NCBI GenBank assembly: GCA_964016885.1
Contig: OZ024740.1
Span: 6,572,001 to 6,636,000 of the forward strand
DNA length: 64,000 nucleotides
Direction: 5' to 3'
Source: Eledone cirrhosa
Lineage: Eukaryota
Shown here: in pieces, positions 1-10,000 of the stretch
How the letters are laid out: every line of letters begins with the position of its first letter
Numbering within the stretch: position 1 is the first letter of the stretch
Program-made: the position numbers and the translations under genes
Notes under the pieces: model-generated
Databases searched by the model: none
What the model saw: the letters and a program-made list of their open reading frames with translations, nothing else
Told to the model about the DNA's origin: nothing

Positions 1-3000
1 GATTGGCAGTATTGGTAGAGGGTCTGACACCATGTTAGGGTGGTGGATTGGTAGTATTGTTAGAGGGTCTGACACCATGGTAGGGGTGGATTGGTAGTAT
101 AAGTAGAGGGTCTGACACCATGTTAGGTGGTGGATTGGCAGTATTGGTAGAGGGTCTGACACCATGTTAGGTGGTGGATTGGTAGTATTGGTAGAGTGTC
201 TGACACAATGCTAGGGTGGCGGATTGGCAGTATTGGTAGAGGGTCTGACACCATGTTAGGGTGGCGGATTGGCAGTATTGGTAGAGGGTCTGACACCATG
301 TTAGGGTGGTGGATTGGCAGTATTGGTAGAGGGTCTGACACCGTGTTAGGGTGGTGGATTGGTAGTATTGGTAGAGGGTCTGACACCATGTTAGGTGTTG
401 GATTGGTAGTATTGGTAGAGGGTCTGACACCATGTTAGGTAGTGGATTGGCAGTATTGGTAGAGGGTCTGACACCATTTTACGGTGGCGGATTGGCAGTA
501 TTTGTAGAGGGTCTGACACCATGTTAGGGTGGTGGATTGGCAGTATTGGCAGCGGGTCTGACACCATGTTAGGGTGGTGGATTGGTAGTATAGGTAGAGG
601 GTCTGACACCATGGTAGGGTTGTGGATTGGCAGTATAGGTAGAGGGTCTGACACCATGTTAGGGTGGCGGATTGGCAGTATTGGTAGAGGGTCTGACACC
701 ATGCTAGGGTGGTGGATTGGCAGTATTGGTAGAGGGTCTGACACCATGTTAGGTGGGGGATTGGCAGTATTGGTAGAGGGTCTGACACCATGGTAGAGTG
801 GTAGATTGGCAGTATTGTTAGAGGGTCTGACACAATGCTAGGGTGGTGGATTGGCAGTATTGGTAGAGGGGCTGACACCATGTTAGGTGGTGGATTGGCA
901 GTATTGGTAGAGGGTTTGACACAATGCTAGGGTGGTGGATTGGCAGTATAGTTAGAGGGTCTGACACCATGTTAGGGTGGTGGATTGGCAGTATTGGTAG
1001 AGGGTCTGACACCATGGTAGGGGTGGATTGGTAGTATAGGTAGAGGGTCTGACACAATGCTAGGGTGGCGGATTGGCAGTATTGGTAGAGGGTCTGACAC
1101 CATGTTAGGGTGGTGGATTGGCAGTATTGTTAGAGGGTCTGACACCATGTTAGGGTGGCGGATTGGCAGTATTGGTAGAGGGTCTGACACCATGTTAGGG
1201 TGGTGGATTGGTAGTATAGGTAGAGGGTCTGACACCATCTTAGGTGGTGGATTGGTAGTATTGGTAGAGGGTCTGACACCATGTTAGGGTGGCGGATTGG
1301 CAGTATTGGTAGAGGGTCTGACACCAAGCTAGGGTGGTGGATTGGCAGTATTGGTAGAGGGTCTGACACCAAGTTAGGTGGTGGATTGGCAGTATTGGTA
1401 GAGGGTCTGACACAACGCTAGGGTGGCGGATTAGCAGTATTGGTAGAGGGTCTGACACCATATTAGGTGGTGGATTGGTAGTATTGGTAGAGGGTCTGAC
1501 ACCATGTTAGGTGGTGGATTGGCAGTATAGGTAGAGGTTCTGACACAATGCTAGGGTGGCGGATAGGCAGTATTGGTAGAGGGTCTGACACCATGTTAGG
1601 GTGGTGGATTGGCAGTATTGGTAGAGGGTCTGACACCATGTTAGGGTGGCGGATTGGCAGTATTGGTAGGGGGTCTGACACCATGTTAGGGTGGTGGATT
1701 GGCAGTATTGGTAGAGGGTCTGATACCATGTTAGGGTGGTGGATTGGTAGTATAGGTAGAGGGTCTGACACCATTGTAGGGTGGTGGATTGGCAATATTG
1801 GTAGAGATCTGACACCATGTTAGGTGGTGGATTGGTAGTATTGGTAGAGGGTCTGACACCATGGTAGGTGGTGGATTGGTAGTATTGGTAGAGGGTCTGA
1901 CACCATGTTCGGTGGTGGATTGGTAGTATTGGTAGAGGGTCTGACACCTTGTTAGGGTGGAGGATTGGCAGTATTGGTAGAGGGTCTGACACCATGGTAG
2001 GGTGGTGGATTGGCAGTATTGTTAGAGGTTCTGACACCGTGTTAGGTGGTGGATTGGCAGTATTGGTAGAGGGCCTGACACAATGCTAGGGTGGTGGATT
2101 GGCAGTATTGGTAAAGGGTCTGACACCATGTTAGGTGGTGGATTAGCAGTATTGGTAGATGGTCAGACGCCATGGGTGGTGGATTGGCAGCATTGGTAGA
2201 GGGTCTGACACCATGTTAGGGTGGTGGATTGGTAGTATTGGTAGAGGGTCTGACACCATGGTAGGGGGTGGATTGGTAGTATAGGTAGAGGGTCTGACAC
2301 AATGCTAGGGTGGCGGATTTGCAGTATTGGTAAAGGGTCTGACACCATGTTAGGATGGTGGATTGGCAGTATTAGTAGAGGGTCTGATACCATGTTAGGG
2401 TGGTGGATTGGCAGTATTGGTAGAGGGTCTGACACCATGTTAGGGTGGCGGATTGGCAGTATTGGTAGAGGGTCTGACACCATGTTACGGTGGTGGATTG
2501 GCAGTATTGGTAGAGGGTCTGATATCATGTTAGGGTGGTTGATTGGTAGTATAGGTAGAGGGTCTGACACCATGGTAGGGTGGCAGATTGGCAGTATTGG
2601 TAGAGGGTCTGACACAATGTTAGGGTGGTGGATTGGCAGTATTGGTAGAGGGTCTGACATCATGTTAGGGTGGTGGATTGGTAGTATAGGTAGAGGTTTT
2701 GACACCATTGTAGGGTGGTGGATTGGCAATATTGGTAGAGCGTCTCACACCATGTTAGGGTGGCGGATTGGCAGTATTGGTAGAGGGTCTGACACCATGT
2801 TAGGGTGGAGGATTGGCAATATTGGTAGAGGTTCTGACACCATGGTAGGTGGTGGATTGGCAGTATTGGTAGAGGGTCTGACACCATGTTAGGGTGGTGG
2901 AGTGGTAGTATAGGTAGAGGGTCTGACACCATCTTAGGTGGTGGATTGGTAGTATTGGTAGATCGTCTGACACCATGTTAGGGTGGTGGATTGGTAGTAT

Positions 3001-6000
3001 ATGTAGAGGGCCTGACACCATCTTAGGTGGTGGATTGGTAGTATTGGTAGAGGGTCTGACACCATCTTAGGTGGTGGATTGGCAGTATTGGTAGAGTGTC
3101 TGACACAATGCTAGGGTGGTGGATTGGCAGTATTGTTAGAGGGGCTAACACCATGTTAGGTGGTGGATTGGCAGTATTTGTAGAGGGTCTGACACAATGC
3201 TAGGGTTGTGGATTGGCAGTATTGGTAGAGGGGCTGACACCATTTTAGGTGGTGGATTGGCAGTATTGGTAGATGGTCAGACGCCATGGGTGGTGGATTG
3301 GCATTATTGGTAGAGGGTCTGACACCATGTTAGGGTGGTGGATTGGCAGTATAGGTAGAGGGTCTGACACAATGCTAGGGTGGCGGATTGGCATTATTGG
3401 TAGAGGGTCTGACACCATGTTAGGTGGTGGATTGGCAGTATTGGTAGAGGGTCTGACACAATGCTAGGGTGGTGGATTGGCAGTATTGGTAAAGGGGCTG
3501 ACAACATGTTAGGTGGTGGATTGGCAGTATTGGTAGAGGGTCTGACACAATGCTAGGGTGGTGGATTGGCAGTATTGTAGAGGGTCTGACACAATGCTAG
3601 GTTGGTGGATTGGCAGTATTGGTAGAGGGTCTGACACCATGTTAGGGTGGTGGATTGGTAGTATTGGTAGTGGGTCTGACACCATGGTAGGGGTGGATTG
3701 GTAGTATAAGTAGAGGGTCTGACACCATGTTAGGTGGTGGATTGGCAGTATTGGTAGAGGGTCTGACACCATGTTAGGTGGTGGATTGGTAGTATTGGTA
3801 GAGTGTCTGACACAATGCTAGGGTGGCGGATTGGCAGTATTGGTAGAGGGTCTGACACCATGTTAGGGTGGCGGATTGGCAGTATTGGTAGAGGGTCTGA
3901 CACCATGTTAGGGTGGTGGATTGGCAGTATTGGTAGAGGGTCTGACACCGTGTTAGGGTGGTGGATTGGTAGTATTGGTAGAGGGTCTGACACCATGTTA
4001 GGTGTTGGATTGGTAGTATTGGTAGAGGGTCTGACACCATGTTAGGTAGTGGATTGGCAGTATTGGTAGAGGGTCTGACACCATTTTACGGTGGCGGATT
4101 GGCAGTATTTGTAGAGGGTCTGACACCATGTTAGGGTGGTGGATTGGCAGTATTGGTAGCGGGTCTGACACCATGTTAGGGTGGTGGATTGGTAGTATAG
4201 GTAGAGGGTCTGACACCATGGTAGGGTTGTGGATTGGCAGTATAGGTAGAGGGTCTGACACCATGTTAGGGTGGCGGATTGGCAGTATTGGTAGAGGGTC
4301 TGACACCATGCTAGGGTGGTGGATTGGCAGTATTGGTAGAGGGTCTGACACCATGTTAGGTGGGGGATTGGCAGTATTGGTAGAGGGTCTGACACCATGG
4401 TAGAGTGGTAGATTGGCAGTATTGTTAGAGGGTCTGACACAATGCTAGGGTGGTGGATTGGCAGTATTGGTAGAGGGGCTGACACCATGTTAGGTGGTGG
4501 ATTGGCAGTATTGGTAGAGGGTTTGACACAATGCTAGGGTGGTGGATTGGCAGTATAGTTAGAGGGTCTGACACCATGTTAGGGTGGTGGATTGGCAGTA
4601 TTGGTAGAGGGTCTGACACCATGGTAGGGGTGGATTGGTAGTATAGGTAGAGGGTCTGACACAATGCTAGGGTGGCGGATTGGCAGTATTGGTAGAGGGT
4701 CTGACACCATGTTAGGGTGGTGGATTGGCAGTATTGTTAGAGGGTCTGACACCATGTTAGGGTGGCGGATTGGCAGTATTGGTAGAGGGTCTGACACCAT
4801 GTTAGGGTGGTGGATTGGTAGTATAGGTAGAGGGTCTGACACCATCTTAGGTGATGGATTGGTAGTATTGGTAGAGGGTCTGACACCATGTTAGGGTGGC
4901 GGATTGGCAGTATTGGTAGAGGGTCTGACACCAAGCTAGGGTGGTGGATTGGCAGTATTGGTAGAGGGTCTGACACCAAGTTAGGTGGTGGATTGGCAGT
5001 ATTGGTAGAGGGTCTGACACAACGCTAGGGTGGCGGATTAGCAGTATTGGTAGAGGGTCTGACACCATATTAGGTGGTGGATTGGTAGTATTGGTAGAGG
5101 GTCTGACACCATGTTAGGTGGTGGATTGGCAGTATTGGTAGCGGGTCTGACACCATGTTAGAGTGGTGGATTAGTAGTATAGGTAGAGGGTCTGACACCA
5201 TGGTAGGGTGGTGGATTGGCAGTATAGGTAGAGGGTCTGACACCATGTTAGGGTGGCGGATTGGCAGTATTGGTAGAGGGTCTGACACCATGCTAGGGTG
5301 GTGGATTGGCAGTATTGGTAGAGGGTCTGACACCATGTTAGGGTGGTGGATTGGCAGTATTGGTAGAGGGTCTGCCACCATGCTAGGGTGGTGGATTGGC
5401 AGTATTGGTAGAGGGTCTGACACCATGTTAGGGTGGTGGATTGGCAGTATTGGTAGAGGGTCTGACATCATGCTAGGTGGTGGATTGTTAGTATTGGTAG
5501 AGGGTCTGACACAATGTTAGGTGGTGGATTGGCAGTATAGGTAGAGGTTCTGACACAATGCTAGGGTGGCGGATTGGCAGTATTGGTAGAGGGTCTGACA
5601 CCATGTTAGGGTCGTGGATTGGCAGTATTGGTAGAGGGTCTGACACCATGTTAGGGTGGCGGATTGGCAGTATTGGTAGAGGGTCTGACACCATGTTAGG
5701 GTGGTGGATTGGCAGTATTGGTAGAGGGTCTGATACCATGTTAGGGTGGTGGATTGGTAGTATAGGTAGAGGGTCTGACACCATTGTAGGGTGGTGAATT
5801 GGCAATATTGGTAGAGATCTGACACCATGTTTGGGTGGTGGATTGGCAGTATTGGTAGAGGGTCTGACACCATGTTAGGCTGGAGGATTGGCAGTATTGG
5901 TAGAGGGTCTGACACCATGGTAGGGTGGTGGATTGGCAGTATTGTTAGAGGTTCTGGCACCATGTTAGGTGGTGGATTGGCAGTATTGGTAGAGGGTCTG

Positions 6001-7010
6001 ACACCATGTTAGGGTGGTGGATTGGCAGTATTGTTAGAGGGTCTAACACCATGTTAGGGTGGTGGATGGTAGTATAGGTAGAGGGTCTGACACCATGTTA
6101 GGTGGTGGATTGGCAGTATTGGTAGAGGGCCTGACACAATGCTAGGGTGGTGGATTGGCAGTATTGTTAGAGGGGCTAACACCATGTTAGGTGGTGGATT
6201 GGCAGTATTGGTAGAGGGTCTGACACCATGTTAGGTGGTGGATTAGCAGTATTGGTAGATGGTCAGACGCCATGGGTGGTGGATTGGTAGTATTGGTAGA
6301 GGATCTGACACCATGGTAGGGGGTGGATTGGTAGTATAGGTAGAGGGTCTGACACCATGGTAGGGTGGCAGATTGGCAGTATTGGTAGAGGGTCTGACAC
6401 AATGTTAGGGTGGTGGATTGGCAGTATTGGTAGAGGGTCTGACATCATGTTAGGGTGGTGGATTGGTAGTATAGGTAGAGGTTTTGACACCATTGTAGGG
6501 TGGTGGATTGGCAATATTGGTAGAGGGTCTAACACCATGTTAGGGTGGCGGATTGGCAGTATTGGTAGAGGGTCTGACACCATGTTAGGGTGGAGGATTG
6601 GCAATATTGGTAGAGCTTCTGACACCATGGTAGGTGGTGGATTGGCAGTGTTTATAGAGGGTCTGACACCATGGTAGGCTGGTGGATTGGTAGTATTGGT
6701 AGAGGGTCTGACACCATGTTAGGGTGGTGGAGTGGTAGTATAGGTAGAGGGTCTGACACCATCTTAGGTGGTGGATTTGTAGTATTGGTAGAGGGTCTGA
6801 CACCATCTTAGGTGGTGGATTGGCAGTATTGGTAGAGGGTCTGACACAATGCTAGGGTGGTGGATTGGCAGTATTGTTAGAGGGGCTAACACCATGTTAG
6901 GTGGTGGATTGGCAGTATTTGTAGAGGGTCTGACACAATGCTAGGGTTGTGGATTGGCAGTATTGGTAGAGGGGCTGACACCATTTTAGGTGGTGGATTG
7001 GCAGTATTGG
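1..7010 (+). repeat. Two related ~3.6-kb higher-order units (offset 3607 bp over the first ~1.5 kb, then differing by monomer indels)
   Basis: ORFs 123/3730, 391/3998, 818/4425 and 1240/4847 are all offset by 3607. Both units share CACCAAGCTAGG, CACCAAGTTAGG and CACAACGCTAGG variants. The distal counterpart has offset 3826 (49416/53242). Confidence 0.85.
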
Positions 7011-10000
7011 TAGAGGGTCTAACACCATGTTAGGGTGGTGGATGGTAGTATAGGTAGAGGGTCTGACACCATGTTAGGGTGGTGGATTGGCAGTATTGGT
7101 AGAGGGTCTAACACCATGTTAGGGTGGTGGATGGTAGTATAGGTAGAGGGTCTGACACCATGTTAGGTGGTGGATTGGCAGTATTGGTAGAGGGCCTGAC
7201 ACAATGCTAGGGTGGTGGATTGGCAGTATTGGTAGAGGGTCTGACACCATGTTAGGTGGTGGATTAGCAGTACTGGTAGATGGTCAGACGCCATGGGTGG
7301 TGGATTGGCAGCATTGGTAGAGGGTCTGACACCATGTTAGGGTGGTGGTTTGGTAGTATTGGTAGAGGGTCTGACACCATGGTAGGGGGTGGATTGGTAG
7401 TATAGGTAGAGGGTCTGACACTATGCTAGGGTGGCGGATTGGCAGTATTGGTAGAGGGTCTGACACCATGTTAGGGTGGTGGATTGGCAGTATTGGTAGA
7501 GGGTCTGATATCATGTTAGGGTGGTTGATTGGTAGTATAGGTAGAGGGTCTGACACCATGGTAGGGTGGCAGATTGGCAGTATTGGTAGAGGGTCTGACA
7601 CAATGTTAGGGTGGTGGATTGGCAGTATTGGTAGAGGGTCTGACATCATGTTAGGGTGGTGGATTGGTAGTATAGGTAGAGGTTTTGACACCATTGTAGG
7701 GTGGTGGATTGGCAATATTGGTAGAGGGTCTCACACCATGTTAGGGTGGCGGATTGGCAGTATTGGTAGAGGGTCTGACACCATGTTAGGGTGGAGGATT
7801 GGCAATATTGGTAGAGGTTCTGACACCATGGTAGGTGGTGGATTGGAAGTGTTTATAGAGGGTCTGACACCATGGTAGGCTGGTGGATTGGTAGTATTGG
7901 TAGAGGGTCTGACACCATGTTAGGGTGGTGGAGTGGTAGTATAGGTAGAGGGTCTGACACCATCTTAGGTGGTGGATTGGCAGTATTGGTAGAGGGTCTG
8001 ACACAATGCTAGGGTGGTGGATTGGCAGTATTGTTAGAGGGGCTAACACCATGTTAGGTGGTGGATTGGCAGTATTTGTAGAGGGTCTGACACAATGCTA
8101 GGGTTGTGGATTGGCAGTATTGGTAGAGGGGCTGACACCATTTTAGGTGGTGGATTGGCAGTATTGGTAGAGGGTCAGACGCCATGGGTGGTGGATTGGC
8201 ATTATTGGTAGAGGGTCTGACACCATGTTAGGGTGGTGGATTGGCAGTATAGGTAGAGGGTCTGACACCATGTTAGGGTGGTGGATTGGTAGTATAGGTA
8301 GAGGGTCTGACACAATGCTAGGGTGGCGGATTGGCAGTATTGGTAGAGGGTCTGACACCATGTTAGGGTGGTGGATTTGCAGTATTGGTAGAGGGTCTGA
8401 CACCATTTTAGGGTGGTGGATTGGCAGTATTGGTAGAGGGTCTGACATCATGTTAGGGTGGTGGATTGGTAGTATAGGTAGAGGGTCTGACACCATGGTA
8501 GGTGATGGATTGGTAGTTTTGGTAGAGGGTCTGACACCATGTTAGGTGGTGGATTGGTAGTATTAGTAGAGGGTCTGACACCATGTTAGGTGGTGGATTG
8601 GTAGTATTGGTAGAGGGTCTGACACCATGGTAGGGTGGTGGATTGGCAGTATAGGTAGAGGGTCTGACACCATGTTAGTGTGGTGGATTGGCAGTATAGG
8701 TAGAGGGTCTGACACCATGTTAGGGTGGTGGATTGGCAGTATTGGTAGAGGGTCTGATACCATGCTAGGTGGTGGATTGTTAGTATTGGTAGAGGGTCTG
8801 ACACCATGTTAGGTGGTGGATTGGCAGTATAGGTAGAGGGTCTGACACCATGTTAGGGTGGTGAATTGGCAGTATTGGTAGAGGGTCTGACACCATGTTA
8901 GGGTGGCGGATTGGCAGTATTGGTTGAGGGTCTGACACCATGTTAGGGTGGCGGATTGGCAGTATTGGTAGAGGTTCTGACACCATGTTAGGGTGGTGGA
9001 TTGGCAGTATTGGTAGAGGGTCTGATACCATGTTAGGGTGGTGGATTGGTAGTATAGGTAGTGGGTCTGACACGATTGTAGGGTGGTGTATTGGCAATAT
9101 TGGTAGAGATCTGACACCATGTTAGGTGGTGGATTGGTAGTATTGGTAGAGGGTCTGACACCATGGTAGGTGGTGGATTGGTAGTATTGGTAGAGGGTCT
9201 GACACCATGTTAGGTGGTGGATTGGTAGTATTGGTAGAGGGTCTGACACCATGTTAGGGTGGAGGATTGGCAGTATTGGTAGAGGGTCTGACACCATGGT
9301 AGAGTGGTGGATTGGCAGTATTGTTAGAGGGTCCGGCACCATGTTAGGTGGTGGATTGGCAGTATTGGTAGAGGGTCAGACGCCATGGGTGGTGGATTGG
9401 CAGTATTGGTAGAGGGTCTGACACCATGTTAGGGTGGTGGATTGGTAGTATTGGTAGAGGGTCTGACACCATGGTAGGGGGTGGATTGGTAGTATAGGTA
9501 GAGGGTCTGACACAATGCTAGGGTGGCGGATTGGCAGTATTGGTAGAGGGTCTGACACCATGTTAGGGTGGTGGATTGGCAGTATTGGTAGAGAGTCTGA
9601 CACCATTTTAGGGTGGCAGATTTGCAGTATTGGTAGAGGGTCTGACACCATGTTAGGGTGGTGGATTGGCAGTATTGGTAGAGGGTCTGATACCATGTTA
9701 GGGTGGTGGATTGGCAGTATTGGTAGAGGGTCTGACACCATGTTATGGTGGCGGATTGGCAGTATTGGTAGAGGGTCTGACACCATGTTACGGTGGTGGA
9801 TTGGCAGTATTGGTAGAGGGTCTGACATCATGTTAGGGTGGTGGATTGGTAGTATAGGTAGAGGGTCTGACACCATGTTAGGGTGGTGGATTGGTAGTAT
9901 TAGTAGAGGGTCTGACACCATGTTAGGTGGTGGATTGGTAGTATTGGTAGAGGGTCTGACACCATGGTAGGTGGTGGATTGGTAGTATTGGTAGAGGGTC

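Noticed and set aside
2-29. Transcription-factor motifs (two reverse CCAAT boxes, TTGGCA NFI half-site, GTCT SMAD element, TGACA TALE-homeodomain core)
   Set aside because: These are 4-6-bp matches with no promoter context, and function cannot be supported from sequence alone.
6678-6685. E. coli Chi site GCTGGTGG in a variant monomer
   Set aside because: It is one substitution away from the consensus GGTGGTGG, and Chi is specific to RecBCD, so it is expected by chance here.
8401-8415. Plant-type telomere motif TTTAGGG in CCATTTTAGGG variants
   Set aside because: It is a rare single-base variant of the consensus and never tandem, so it is not evidence of plant origin.
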